DNA of 64,000 nt from a virus. A program made the position numbers and the translations under genes. Positions 28,954 through 39,384 of the stretch are shown here, in pieces. The notes below the pieces were generated by a model. That model saw only the letters and a program-made list of their open reading frames with translations. It searched no databases and was not told the origin of the DNA. The number at the start of each line of letters is the position of its first letter. Positions within the stretch are counted from its first letter, which is position 1. The stretch covers positions 1 through 64,000 of IMG/VR virus record IMGVR_UViG_3300033571_009591; one strand, 5' to 3'.

Positions 28954-30732
28954 ATGCGTCACTTAAAAACAGGTGAAACAAGAGCAGAGGCAACTCCAAC
29001 AGAGTGGCTAAGAGCAGGACGCACGATTGGCGAACTAGCCAACAAATGGTCTTTGCGTAACGACATTGTTGCGTATGTAGGGCCGGGAGCAGGTGGGCAA
29101 GCCCCTGCGTGTTTCGCTCCAACAACTGCCGAGGTTGAAGTTAATGTTGATATTGCTTTCGGATTTGGCGTAAAGCCCGAAGAGGTCGAGCGACTTAACG
29201 AACGCAAAGTTCAATACGAATTCCCAAAGGGAACTGGCGCAATTATGCACGAGGCATTTCATGCTCGCTACTCTCGCTGGTCTATGCCTGAGGCATACAA
29301 AGAATTAAAGTCTGACGAATATCAAGCACTTATCCTATTAGAGGAAAGTCGTATCGAGTTTCAGGGATTGAAGTCAATGCCTACTGCTCGTCCTTTCCTT
29401 CGCTCATGCGCTATGGAAATTGTAATTGGTGATGTTAAAGAAGATATGGAAAAACAAACTCCAACAAAATCACTAACAAATTTAATTGGTTTAGTTCACG
29501 CAAGAATTGACGCAGGTATTCTTGAAGAGCATGAAGTCGCAGTAATAATGGAATTAGTTGAAAACCAAATTCCAGCAGATGTAGTAACTCAACTACGAAC
29601 AATTGCTCTATCTGCTCAAGCGCACGAACTTCACGAAGACGCTACTGAACTTTATCCACTAGCGATTGAGTGGGCGCGTATTGTTCGTGAACTCGCTAAA
29701 GAGCGTGGAGATGAAGAAGGTAATAATCCAGTAGGCGAAGCCTTGAAGAAACTTATGAGTGATGTTCTCGACGCTATGGAAGAAGCAAGTGATGAAATCT
29801 CTGCGACTAACTTTGGCGAACTAGCAGATCAAGAACAATCTGAGGATTGGAAAGATGAAGTCAAAGGCAAAGCAGAGGACGCGAAAGAGAAAGAAGAAAA
29901 TCGCGAAATCGCAAAAGATGTATTTAGTAAATCTACTGGGGCAGGTTCAACAAAAAGCAGTAGTAGATTAGTAGATACTCGCAGCCCTAACGCAGACGAG
30001 TTAGTCGCAGCAGTAACTATTGGTCAATGGTTAGAGAAGGCAAAGTATCGCGAGCGCGACGAACACGAGGTTGCCAGTATTCTCCCACCCGGACGACTTC
30101 GCACACGAGCCATTGTTCAAAACGCAGCATTGAAATCTCGTGGAGTGAACCAGCAAGTCGAGGCGTTTCGTCGCACAGTTCGTAAGCACACAGACGACCC
30201 AACACTTCATGTCGGAGTTATGGTGGACATTTCAGGTTCAATGGGTTCAGCCATGCAACCAATGGCAACAACTGCGTGGGTTATGTCTGAGGCAGTAAAT
30301 CGTATTCAAGGTGAGTGCGCTATGGTCTATTTCGGAAATGATGTATTCCCTACTCTCAAAGCAGGGCAACGACTTAAAGAAGTTTCTATTTACTCTGCCC
30401 CTGATGGCACAGAGAAATTTGCTAAAGCGTTCTCGGCACTTGATGGCGCGTTGAACTTACTTCACGGAAATGGCGCACGATTGCTCGTCATAGTTTCAGA
30501 TGGTCAATACACTTCGGAAGAAACTCGGAAGGCTGAGGAAATTGTTGCGAAGTGTAAAGAGGCTGGCGTAGCAATTCTGTGGTTGCCATTTGATAATGGA
30601 CAGGGCGCGGATAGATTGGCTGCCAACTATGCGGAAGTAATCCGAGAGATTACAAACCCAGCACAGGCTGCCGAAACTATTGGTAGAGCAGCAGAGCGTG
30701 TCATGACAAGGATTGGGCAACGAGTGGCATAA
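28954..30732 (+). CDS. CobT-like protein: HExxH metallopeptidase-like N-domain and C-terminal VWA
   Basis: HEAFH, EESRIE, MIDAS motif VDISGSM, VSDGQ. Confidence 0.9.
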   Translation: MRHLKTGETRAEATPTEWLRAGRTIGELANKWSLRNDIVAYVGPGAGGQAPACFAPTTAEVEVNVDIAFGFGVKPEEVERLNERKVQYEFPKGTGAIMHEAFHARYSRWSMPEAYKELKSDEYQALILLEESRIEFQGLKSMPTARPFLRSCAMEIVIGDVKEDMEKQTPTKSLTNLIGLVHARIDAGILEEHEVAVIMELVENQIPADVVTQLRTIALSAQAHELHEDATELYPLAIEWARIVRELAKERGDEEGNNPVGEALKKLMSDVLDAMEEASDEISATNFGELADQEQSEDWKDEVKGKAEDAKEKEENREIAKDVFSKSTGAGSTKSSSRLVDTRSPNADELVAAVTIGQWLEKAKYRERDEHEVASILPPGRLRTRAIVQNAALKSRGVNQQVEAFRRTVRKHTDDPTLHVGVMVDISGSMGSAMQPMATTAWVMSEAVNRIQGECAMVYFGNDVFPTLKAGQRLKEVSIYSAPDGTEKFAKAFSALDGALNLLHGNGARLLVIVSDGQYTSEETRKAEEIVAKCKEAGVAILWLPFDNGQGADRLAANYAEVIREITNPAQAAETIGRAAERVMTRIGQRVA

Positions 30733-30869
30733 TTCGGTTTGGGTGGTCGGTAGATTGCTCAAAGACTTTCAGTTCGGGTGCGTCCTTCCAACGCTTTCCC
30801 ACCAGAACCGAACGGAGAGTAAAGTGGGCAGAGTCCCTTAACCCCCTTTCGGGACTCTGCTCACACTTT
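30733..30869 (+). other. 3' structured region with anti-RBS loop hairpin
   Basis: GTGGGCAGAGTCCC-TTAACCCCCTTTC-GGGACTCTGCTCAC at 30824-30864. Confidence 0.6.
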
Positions 30870-30915
30870 AACAAAAAGTAAAAACGACAAATGACGAAAT
30901 GACAAGGGGAAAGAA

Positions 30916-31347
30916 ATGACAGATGAACCGAAAGTAAAAAGGCATGTTATTGAGACAGACCTCGATAGAACAGACGCGGTGTTTTACACAGGCGAAGGTC
31001 TTATTGCCACAGTTACATACAAAGGCTTTCATGTTGATGTTTATTGTGACGGCGTAACCCACGCAGAACTTTTAGACCAGCCTAACGGCTACCCTGTTTC
31101 AAGACTATCCTCTGCCTCAGATTTTATTAGTGCGGGGCTTAGTACGGATGACGCTATTAGTTTGGCGGTAGAGCAAGAAATACTCATATTCATAAACAAC
31201 TCGTGGTTCGACTTGTATTGCGAAGGCGAACACTTAGACATTGTGTGCCACACAATAGGCGACGCCATAGACTCAGCAAAGACTTATGTCGAAGAACAGT
31301 ATTTTGATGAACAAGAGTTGATGAAAGAACTTGACACGGCTAGTTAA
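30916..31347 (+). CDS. Hypothetical protein
   Basis: AAGGGGAAA RBS. Confidence 0.7.
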   Translation: MTDEPKVKRHVIETDLDRTDAVFYTGEGLIATVTYKGFHVDVYCDGVTHAELLDQPNGYPVSRLSSASDFISAGLSTDDAISLAVEQEILIFINNSWFDLYCEGEHLDIVCHTIGDAIDSAKTYVEEQYFDEQELMKELDTAS

Positions 31348-31388
31348 TTTTGGTAAACTAACGGCAACAGAAAGAAAGGGGAAAACAA

Positions 31389-31904
31389 ATGCACACATGT
31401 CACATACTTTTAGTTGAAGCGGATAATGCCGAAGAGGCGTTGGATTATGTACGCTCTCAACTTAACGGCGAAGACCCATACCCAACTTGGTCTGATTGGC
31501 ACGAAGTTGGCGGGCGTTGGTCTGGATTATTTCAAGGCTGGGACGATACAAAAGATGTTCTTGGCTATGCGGACAACCCAACACTAGCCGAAGACATCCT
31601 AAAACAATTCTCGGACTTCAGGCTCGCGGAAATGAAGCGGTACAAAGAGCAACTGGACGAAGCGGACTTTTCACTAGACAAAGTTCTAGCCGACTACAAA
31701 ATAAACGACAACAAGGCGAACTTTGAGAACGGCATGAATTTATGGCGTATGCAAAAACTAATGCAGACACTTCAAGATGATTGGACTTCCGATAGCGGTG
31801 TGTTCGACCTTCAAGAAGGAACGGCAAGTCTTACATACTTTAAGGAACGATTGACGGCTCGCCCCGAGAAACAATTTTTAGTCCCAGTAGATTTTCACTT
31901 CTAA
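31389..31904 (+). CDS. Conserved phage hypothetical protein (WSDWHEVGGRWSG...VDFH)
   Basis: Promoter plus RBS; recurrent phage motif. Confidence 0.75.
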   Translation: MHTCHILLVEADNAEEALDYVRSQLNGEDPYPTWSDWHEVGGRWSGLFQGWDDTKDVLGYADNPTLAEDILKQFSDFRLAEMKRYKEQLDEADFSLDKVLADYKINDNKANFENGMNLWRMQKLMQTLQDDWTSDSGVFDLQEGTASLTYFKERLTARPEKQFLVPVDFHF

Positions 31905-32000
31905 GAGAAACTCGCTTTTAGCAAAAAGTAAAAACGGACAAGATTGACACGGCAAGGAAAAATTGTTATTATTGCTTAAACACAACAAAGGGGAAACCAA

Positions 32001-32309
32001 ATGGAATACAAAGAGATTACATACCGACTACGGCTTGTTCGTAAAATAAAAGGTTTCACACTACATGAAGTAGAGAAGCACTCGAACGGCGTGATAAATG
32101 CGGTTGCCTTAGGTAGTTGGGAACGAGGAGATAGAAAACCTACATTAGAACGATTGCTTGTTCTTTGTAGTGAAGTCTATAAAGTTCCGCTTTCTGCCGT
32201 TGTTAGCGGTAGTCATGACGAATTCATAAAGCAAATGCTTACTACGATTTACGCAGACCCTAAAGACCCGAACTTATTAAGTAAATACTTACCAAAGGAT
32301 AAAAAATGA
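32001..32309 (+). CDS. XRE-family HTH regulator (BldD-like)
   Basis: RLRLVRKIKGFTLHEVE...ALGSWERGDRKPT. Confidence 0.85.
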   Translation: MEYKEITYRLRLVRKIKGFTLHEVEKHSNGVINAVALGSWERGDRKPTLERLLVLCSEVYKVPLSAVVSGSHDEFIKQMLTTIYADPKDPNLLSKYLPKDKK

Positions 32310-32475
32310 AACCTTGTATCAAATGCGGTTGGCTAGTCAAAGACGACTTCGGATTATTGAAAGACGAGATGAACGGGTATGTCTGCGACTTCGCAGGAAC
32401 AACTCCGTTGCCACATCAAATAACTTTAGAAAGGAGTTTTGCTTTCGTTGTATAAGCGAATAGCAAAAAGTAAAA

Positions 32476-32706
32476 ATGAAAGTTAGAGAACTTGTAAGTC
32501 AGTTGCAATTAAATTATCTCCCTGATGATGAAATTATTGTTGCTTACTGGGATAAAGAAACGATAGAAAATTACGGCTCGCCTGAACTTTCTAAAACTCA
32601 ATGGTCATTAGTTGTTGATGATTACGAGTCTGGTGAGTGGGGTTGGCAAAGTACGGCTGCCGAGGAATTTGTCGAGATTGCGGAAAGGATTGTCGGAGAT
32701 GAGTAA
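32476..32706 (+). CDS. Hypothetical protein (paralog of 23148)
   Basis: ATG directly follows motif A. Confidence 0.65.
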   Translation: MKVRELVSQLQLNYLPDDEIIVAYWDKETIENYGSPELSKTQWSLVVDDYESGEWGWQSTAAEEFVEIAERIVGDE

Positions 32707-32863
32707 AACTTGGAAAGTTACTTTCGTATCCCACTTCGGTACTGAGGTCACCTCGGAAACTCAAAGAGGGGCGCAAGCCCTTGCCTCGGAGTGGTTGGAG
32801 AACGAGTACGGTCACGATCTTGCTCGAGCCACCGAGATTGAGGTCGAGGAAGTCGAGCAATAG
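32699..32863 (+). CDS. Small hypothetical protein
   Basis: MSKTWKVTF...; stop codon is the TAG of motif A. Confidence 0.55.
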   Translation: MSKTWKVTFVSHFGTEVTSETQRGAQALASEWLENEYGHDLARATEIEVEEVEQ

Positions 32864-33029
32864 CAAAAAGTAAAAACTAGGGGGGCAAAATTGTGTCCTC
32901 TATCACAAAAGATTTTTTTGGCGACACGCTTAAATGGATTTGACAATAGAAAATTAAAATGAAATAATTGCTTTATCAAGTCAGATACTTGATGAACGAC
33001 AAAACGACATAGTGAAGGGAATTGGGCAA

Positions 33030-33416
33030 ATGCCTAGAACCAACATAGAGCAGGAAGTAGTTGTTAAGACAACTATCGCAGTATCAACAACAACAGTTGC
33101 GCTAGACGCAACAAATGCTAGTGAGTTAATCGCTAAACTTAACTCAATGCGTGACGCTATCAAGGCGCAACAAGACGCAGAGAAGGCTATCAAGGCTGAA
33201 CTCTACGGACTTATGGGCTACACACTCGTTAATGATGAGTGGGTCGGAACTGCCGAAGTTGGCACTATCGCAGGTATTACAGTTGCGAAGGTCGCAACAG
33301 TAAATGCTACAAAGTTGAACAAAGAAAAATTGTTCGCTGAAAACCCAAACGCTGAAGCCTTGCTAAAGGCTTACACAGAGCCAGCACCCTACAAGGCTCT
33401 AAAGATAGGTAAGTAA
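33030..33416 (+). CDS. Hypothetical protein
   Basis: Promoter at 32940, RBS, downstream terminator. Confidence 0.7.
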   Translation: MPRTNIEQEVVVKTTIAVSTTTVALDATNASELIAKLNSMRDAIKAQQDAEKAIKAELYGLMGYTLVNDEWVGTAEVGTIAGITVAKVATVNATKLNKEKLFAENPNAEALLKAYTEPAPYKALKIGK

Positions 33417-33716
33417 TTCGAGAAGCCCTCGCACCGAAAGGTGCGGGGGTTTCTTTACCAAAAATTAAACCAACAACAAAAAGTAAAAAAGGGGAAAAAG
33501 AAAAAATGGAAACTGAAAAAACAGTATGGGCGTCAAGTGTTACAGAGACTATGGTCGCTGAAGCAGGGTTAAACGATAACGAGATAAGTATGCTCGTTGA
33601 GTCGCTTAATGACGCGGTTATGGAAGTCTGCCTTAATTACAACATTACTAACTAAAGGTGATTGACAAAAAAGAATTAAAGTTTTATACTTAGCACTACA
33701 CAACAAAGGGGGAAAG

Positions 33717-33932
33717 ATGAGTGAAATGTATAGATGTGTCGTGTGTGATAGCGACAAAGTAAATGAACACCCAAAGATTAAAGATAGTTTTTATGGACTC
33801 CAGTACCTATGTGATGATGATGAAAAAGGTTGCTGGGATACTTACGAGGGTTGGTATTGCGACACTTGTAAGTTGCTACACGACCACGATACCACTATGG
33901 AAAGTGATAACAGTTGCCAAGTAAAGGACTAA
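33717..33932 (+). CDS. Small Cys-rich protein
   Basis: Promoter at 33663 plus RBS. Confidence 0.6.
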   Translation: MSEMYRCVVCDSDKVNEHPKIKDSFYGLQYLCDDDEKGCWDTYEGWYCDTCKLLHDHDTTMESDNSCQVKD

Positions 33933-34007
33933 GGTACTTGACAAACAAGAATTAAAGTTTTATACTTAGCACTACCAACGCACGACTAACTAGAAAAGGG
34001 GAAATAA

Positions 34008-34490
34008 ATGACTACAACAACAATAGAAAAAGTTACAGTTAAGCAAGCAAGTCAAGCAATAAACCAACTCGCAACAAACTTTATGGAGTCAAACGAGATT
34101 GACGCGGACTTACTTTTGATTGTCACTAAGGGAATTACAACTAATACAATTGCCCACTTACGCGACTACATGCTCGGTATGCCAGCAGATTTTGGCGTAG
34201 GGTTTATGATTAATTTTGCTGAAGCGATTGAAGCACAAACACCTGCGGAGAACTCTTACGCAATTAAAACAATTCTCTCGGCTTTCTATTATGAAAACTT
34301 AGACTCTACTAAGGCTAAGGCAAAGGTTGATGAAGCACTAGCAATTAATCCTTCATACTCACTCGCTCAATTACTCTCACGAGTATTCGGTTCGGGTTGG
34401 TCTGCGGAGTCTTTCGTAAGTATGCGGAGCGAACTTCACCCTAAAGTTATTCTTTCGATTAAAGATGACGCGGAAGTAGAACTTTCATAA
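34008..34490 (+). CDS. DUF4192-like TPR-type helical protein
   Basis: LRDYMLG...ALAINPSYSLAQLL; own promoter and terminator. Confidence 0.6.
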   Translation: MTTTTIEKVTVKQASQAINQLATNFMESNEIDADLLLIVTKGITTNTIAHLRDYMLGMPADFGVGFMINFAEAIEAQTPAENSYAIKTILSAFYYENLDSTKAKAKVDEALAINPSYSLAQLLSRVFGSGWSAESFVSMRSELHPKVILSIKDDAEVELS

Positions 34491-34607
34491 GTAAGAGAAG
34501 CCCCGCAGAAATGCGGGGTTTTTCTTTTCCCCGACACGCAGGTTAGGATTTGCTATTTTGATTTTGATAGGATACAATTAAGTTATCAAAACAAGGGGGT
34601 GAAATAA

Positions 34608-34829
34608 ATGTTAAGTTTCGGAGATTATGTAAATGGTCTTAATGACAACGCATGTTGTCAATGCGGACGCAAGGTGGGTAAGAGTCCTAAGTGGGTTCAT
34701 CTATCTATCTTTGGTTCGATACTCCACCCCGCGAGTGACGCGGACGGAGGAACGCAATCACAGGGGTTTTGGCCGGTGGGGAGCGAGTGCGCCAAAGCGT
34801 TCGACCCTGCGGTGCTAGTAAAAAACTAA
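34608..34829 (+). CDS. Small zinc-binding protein
   Basis: CCQCGR...PVGSECAK. Confidence 0.65.
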   Translation: MLSFGDYVNGLNDNACCQCGRKVGKSPKWVHLSIFGSILHPASDADGGTQSQGFWPVGSECAKAFDPAVLVKN

Positions 34830-34997
34830 ATAGAAGTAAAAAGAACCCTCGCAGAAATGCGGGGGTTCTTTTTTTTAGGTTTAGCAAAAAGTAAAAATAG
34901 CACCAAGATCGCTAGTGCGGTGCTGGACTTCCAAACAACTTTCATAGTTACCAAAACCTTAGCAAAAGAAGTGTTAAGACAAAACGGACATTTTGCT

Positions 34998-35013
34998 TGT
35001 GATGTATGTCACA
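34998..35013. promoter_or_regulatory. CRP/GlxR-type box
   Basis: TGTGA-TGTATG-TCACA. Confidence 0.6.
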
Positions 35014-35099
35014 AAATATTTTTTAGATTTTTGATTGACTTTTGTCCCTCTAATTCGTCTTACATAATAGAAGGATAAAAAATAACTAAGGGGGAAAAA

Positions 35100-35312
35100 A
35101 TGTACGATTACACAGATTACTTAGAGAGTAAATACGCCATGCCAGCCGGCCCAAAGCGTATAGCCCGACCAAACCTAACTACGATTGTGAAGCCTCGCAA
35201 GGTCGCACCAGCCCGCTACTGCGAGTGCGGTCAAAAGTTATCTATTGCCAACGAAGGCGTTGCTTGCTTTATCTGTACGCGGAAAAAAGATAAAGAAAAG
35301 AGAAAGAAATAA
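35100..35312 (+). CDS. Small zinc-finger protein
   Basis: CECG...CFIC; RBS. Confidence 0.6.
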   Translation: MYDYTDYLESKYAMPAGPKRIARPNLTTIVKPRKVAPARYCECGQKLSIANEGVACFICTRKKDKEKRKK

Positions 35313-35512
35313 GTTATAGGTATTTGACTTACTTATAGAAAAATGCTACAATTACGACAACAACAACTTATAGGGGGTAAATAAATGTCAGACGCGGTTA
35401 TCAAACACTTAGGCTTATACGCCAATGGGAAAGTTGTTCCTATTTGCGGAGAGTGCGAGAAGGCACTCACACCCGAGGATCTCGGGTATGGACACGATTG
35501 TGAGGTTAAGTA

Positions 35513-35746
35513 ATGGATACGATCTCAATGAGTTATCACTTGCGGGGAAATTTCTATCCACCGCTACCACTTGATTACGCTGAACCTGCCGTTAAAGCAT
35601 GGGAGTTGTATCAAGAGGAAAACTATGATGCGGTAGTCGTACTACCTGCAAGCATAGAGCCCCACCCCGCTACTGCCGTAAAGACAGAGGCCGGCTGGGA
35701 AATAACTGCAAGCGAGTTGGTGCGGATACTTAGATTAGATCGATAA
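35513..35746 (+). CDS. Hypothetical protein
   Basis: YHLRGNFYPP; terminator follows. Confidence 0.6.
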   Translation: MDTISMSYHLRGNFYPPLPLDYAEPAVKAWELYQEENYDAVVVLPASIEPHPATAVKTEAGWEITASELVRILRLDR

Positions 35747-36002
35747 GTTAAACTAAAAGAGCCCCGTCAGAAATGGCGGGGTTTCTTATTTCCCCCTACA
35801 AACAACTTTTTGATCCGTACTATCTACTAATGCAATTTTTACTTTTTGCTAATGCAGGTTTTTTTTTGCAGCTGACCAGTTCCCGACTTACAAACAACTT
35901 TCTGACCTACGCTTTTTTATTTGGGCGACACGCTGATTTAGATTTGACAATCTGTAAAAAACCTTTATACTTAGACTTACAACCAAACAAAGGGGGAACA
36001 AA

Positions 36003-36242
36003 ATGAAAAAGTTTATCTTGGTAAAGAAGTCTGACGGAGAACGCGGACAAAATGGCAAGAAGAAGATTTACGAAATTGTTCAAGAAGGAACTCGCGTTGT
36101 GATGATGTGGGGTAAGGCAGAAGAACTTAAGAAGCAAGAAAATGTCAAGACCTTCCAAACAGAACAACAGGCTTACTGGTTCGCACTTGATAAGCAATGG
36201 GAGAAGCAGAACAAGGGTTACGAGTTAGTAGCCTCTCTCTAA
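36003..36242 (+). CDS. WGR-domain protein
   Basis: KKIYEI...MMWGK...KTF...EKQNKGY. Confidence 0.75.
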   Translation: MKKFILVKKSDGERGQNGKKKIYEIVQEGTRVVMMWGKAEELKKQENVKTFQTEQQAYWFALDKQWEKQNKGYELVASL

Positions 36243-36338
36243 GATGTGGGGAAGCCCCACCGAAAGGTGGGGTTATCCAACACTTGACTTTACTTAGGTA
36301 AAGTGCTAAACTTACGACAACAAAAGAAAAGGGAAAAA

Positions 36339-36653
36339 ATGAAAAACTTAGAACTGGTCAGAGAAAGAGTAAGCGAGGCTAAGGCTATCGCTTGGGATAC
36401 CTGCCACAAGATTTATGTCCTTATGGATGATGAGCAGGTAGAACTAATGCGCAAGTATCAGTATGACGACCTTATTACAAAAGAAAAAATGACAACTGAT
36501 GAAATGGTAGACACCTTAGAAGATTGGTTCGGGGCGTCTTGCAGTCTTAGATTTATTGAAGCAGTAAGCACTAATCACGAAAACCCGAACGCGGGTTTTG
36601 AGTCGCTCATTGGTCAAGGTGAAGATGAGGATTATTATGACGACGAAAACTAA
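36339..36653 (+). CDS. Conserved actinophage hypothetical protein
   Basis: IAWDTCHKIYVLMD...SCSLRFI. Confidence 0.7.
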   Translation: MKNLELVRERVSEAKAIAWDTCHKIYVLMDDEQVELMRKYQYDDLITKEKMTTDEMVDTLEDWFGASCSLRFIEAVSTNHENPNAGFESLIGQGEDEDYYDDEN

Positions 36654-37029
36654 AAAACCACCACGCTATCTCTATCACGCAACTGCGGTTTGTAACCAAG
36701 AGGGCATTGAGAAAGAAGGACTTCGTGCTGGTTTCGGAGAAGTCTATGCGAGCGAGAGCGAAGATGATTGTCTAGCCTTTATGGGATTTCGGTTAATGTC
36801 ACACTTTCACTTTAGTAAAAAAGGTGAAGAGCCTGTGTTTGTAGAACACGACAGATTACTTGTTTATGAGATTGACACAAAGGTTACTGGGAAAAGTAAA
36901 TGGGAAGTTGGAACAGACCACAACCCTGAGTTTTTTGGTAACGCAACTTCATGGGTTCACTTTGGTTCGATAGAACGAGGAGCGATTGTTCGCTGCATTG
37001 AGTTCGCTCCACAGGTTAGCAAAAAGTAA
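36637..37029 (+). CDS. ADP-ribosyltransferase-fold (Tpt1/KptA-like) protein
   Basis: YLYHAT...IEKEGL...VYAS strand pattern. Confidence 0.6.
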   Translation: MTTKTKKPPRYLYHATAVCNQEGIEKEGLRAGFGEVYASESEDDCLAFMGFRLMSHFHFSKKGEEPVFVEHDRLLVYEIDTKVTGKSKWEVGTDHNPEFFGNATSWVHFGSIERGAIVRCIEFAPQVSKK

Positions 37030-37107
37030 AAACTGCGGTGATGCGGGTGCTTGACAAAAAACAACTCGCATGAGATACTTACACTACAAAGAAAGGGGGT
37101 CGCTCAA

Positions 37108-37365
37108 ATGAGTGACAAAGAAACAATAGCAATAGAGATAGATGTTGAAGAAGGTGCTTTCCTTAACATGGGGTTAGCACTATTACTAGAGATGTTAGGT
37201 AACGACATTGAAAATTGGGAGAACAAGAAAGAGTCCTCTATGGACAAATTGTTCTTCCTCATGGATACAAAGGTAGGAGTCGCAAGCCTATGGCGCAAGA
37301 TTCTTATCACAATGGGAGCAAGCCCTGAAGACATTGCTGAACACTTAGAGAGTGCGGGTGAGTGA
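37108..37365 (+). CDS. Hypothetical protein
   Basis: Promoter at 37051 plus RBS. Confidence 0.6.
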   Translation: MSDKETIAIEIDVEEGAFLNMGLALLLEMLGNDIENWENKKESSMDKLFFLMDTKVGVASLWRKILITMGASPEDIAEHLESAGE

Positions 37366-37366
37366 T

Positions 37367-37591
37367 ATGGCTGAGCACCATTACATAATTAAGTTTGATG
37401 ATGTTACTAAGGTATGGTCACATGACACAGATTCCGAAGAAGTGCGGTTTGTTGATGGCACTATCTATGATGAAGCAGAGCAAGCGTGGTTCGTACCATA
37501 CCAAGGTGATGGACAATTCTACCGAAACGCTGATGAGATTGACGAGCGACTATCAACAGTTATAGACCTACTAGAAGGGTTGAAAAAATAA
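37367..37591 (+). CDS. Hypothetical protein
   Basis: Operonic ORF. Confidence 0.6.
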   Translation: MAEHHYIIKFDDVTKVWSHDTDSEEVRFVDGTIYDEAEQAWFVPYQGDGQFYRNADEIDERLSTVIDLLEGLKK

Positions 37592-37821
37592 TGGACGAGA
37601 TTCTTTTAAGTCGAACAGTTATGTTCGTAGGTGACTACTTTACTTTGATGACGACAGTTGTCCTTGACGAGAAGTTGCGGAACGACGATGAAGGTGACAA
37701 CGATTTCGCAGTTAGAGTTGCCTCAGTTTTTATGAATGAATACTACGGATTTGATGTAGAGGCAGTATCTAATAACATTGGAGTTGTTGATGATGATGGA
37801 GAGGTAGTTGAAGATGAGTAA
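37591..37821 (+). CDS. Hypothetical protein
   Basis: TAATG coupling. Confidence 0.6.
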   Translation: MDEILLSRTVMFVGDYFTLMTTVVLDEKLRNDDEGDNDFAVRVASVFMNEYYGFDVEAVSNNIGVVDDDGEVVEDE

Positions 37822-38164
37822 TCTCACACTTGACATGCTTTCTAATTTAGTTGATGACATTACAAATGGAAGTTTAGATGGTCAGTTGGATTCGATTAGT
37901 AAAGCAGTAGAGCAGAGAAAGAAAGACATTCGTAGTGGAACGACCATTGACGATTTTAGAGTTGGAGATGTTGTGACCATTAACGAGCGTTGCGGAACTA
38001 AGTACCTTATTGGAGAACGAGGCACAGTTGTCGGGATTCGTAGGACTAAGATAACAATTCAGTTTGAGAACCCGAAGGGTAGGTTCGTGCGGAAGAACGC
38101 AGATGGAACTACCTATTCTTCAGATGTTGTAGTGCCAGTAGAAATTGTTGATAGAAAAAAGTAA
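37814..38164 (+). CDS. SH3/KOW-like domain protein
   Basis: FRVGDVVTI...GERGTVVGI. Confidence 0.6.
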   Translation: MSNLTLDMLSNLVDDITNGSLDGQLDSISKAVEQRKKDIRSGTTIDDFRVGDVVTINERCGTKYLIGERGTVVGIRRTKITIQFENPKGRFVRKNADGTTYSSDVVVPVEIVDRKK

Positions 38165-38418
38165 AAGAGAAGGAAATGCGGTAAAGTATTATCACCTCGG
38201 CAAATAGGCAACCCCTTCGCCTCCGCCGAGATGAGAGTGGGCTCACCCTTCCACTCCGCCAACTTCTCTCTTTAACCCCTTTTAGATGAGAAGTTGGTGT
38301 AGTAGGGTGCTTGACTTTCTATAAGAAGTTTGATAAAATACAAACAAGCCTCGCATGAAAATGCGGGGCTTTGTTTTTTCCCTAATCACTAGTATGAAAT
38401 GACGATACGATTTTATAC

Positions 38419-38664
38419 ATGAAGATTGTTGATAAGGATTACCACCCAAATGGCTCAGCCAATCCTTTTGTTGTTGCTATCGTAGATAGTCCTGAAGAAG
38501 GGGACACGAAACTAGTAATAATGTTTGAGGATTATGATTATGTTGCGGTATTATCACTTGACTATCTTGTTCGTGATGAAGACATCTCTGTAAAATTCAA
38601 TGGACATCACGGGGACAAGTACGAAAAACTTCGTAACGATCTCTGGGATGACTTTGCTGGATAG
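38419..38664 (+). CDS. Hypothetical protein
   Basis: DYHPNG...PFVVAIV; stop codon lies in motif A. Confidence 0.65.
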   Translation: MKIVDKDYHPNGSANPFVVAIVDSPEEGDTKLVIMFEDYDYVAVLSLDYLVRDEDISVKFNGHHGDKYEKLRNDLWDDFAG

Positions 38665-38694
38665 CAAAAAGTAAAAACTAAGGGTGGGGGTGAA

Positions 38695-39264
38695 ATGACA
38701 ACTGTTGCAGCGGTGCAGGGTGAAGGCTGGGTTGTTGTTGGTTACGACTCTAGAGTCACGGAAAACCAAGAGAAGATATTTACTTTGGCTAAAGACAATG
38801 GCAAAGTAGTTAAGAATGGAAATTACTTACTAGGCGCGGCCGGCGACATGAGAGCCATCAACTTACTCAGTTATGTCTTTAAGCCACCTGTTATTAATCC
38901 AACAACTTATGGCGTCAGGTTGGATAAGTTTATGACTGCAGTTTTTATTCCTGAACTCAAGAAATGTTTTGAGGAAGCCTCATACTCCAAAGATGGGGAG
39001 ATGGAGTCCCAAGTGATGGTTGTGGTCAATGGGACTATTTACGAGATAGGAAATGACTTTTCGTGGGCACATGATGAGTCAGGTATCTACTCAATAGGTT
39101 CGGGTGGCGACTACGCCATCAGCGCGTTGCTTGCCACATTCGAAACACGCAAGAGAACTATTGGAACTGCGAAGGCACTTGTGCGTCAAGCAATAACTAT
39201 TGCCTCGAAGTTAGACCCAAACACTGCACCGCCCATCTACATACAAGTACAGCACTTCGGTTAA
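38695..39264 (+). CDS. Proteasome beta/HslV-like Ntn protease
   Basis: N-terminal MTT nucleophile, GYDSRVT, K at conserved position, YSIGSGGDYA. Confidence 0.85.
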   Translation: MTTVAAVQGEGWVVVGYDSRVTENQEKIFTLAKDNGKVVKNGNYLLGAAGDMRAINLLSYVFKPPVINPTTYGVRLDKFMTAVFIPELKKCFEEASYSKDGEMESQVMVVVNGTIYEIGNDFSWAHDESGIYSIGSGGDYAISALLATFETRKRTIGTAKALVRQAITIASKLDPNTAPPIYIQVQHFG

Positions 39265-39384
39265 ATTTTTACTTTTTGCTGTTTAGCTCTGCAGCCGGCG
39301 TTCACTGGAAGCCAACTACAAACAACTTCGTGATGTCTGCTACAAGGACTTGACATGTCACCTTCGTTAATATATACTTATGCT

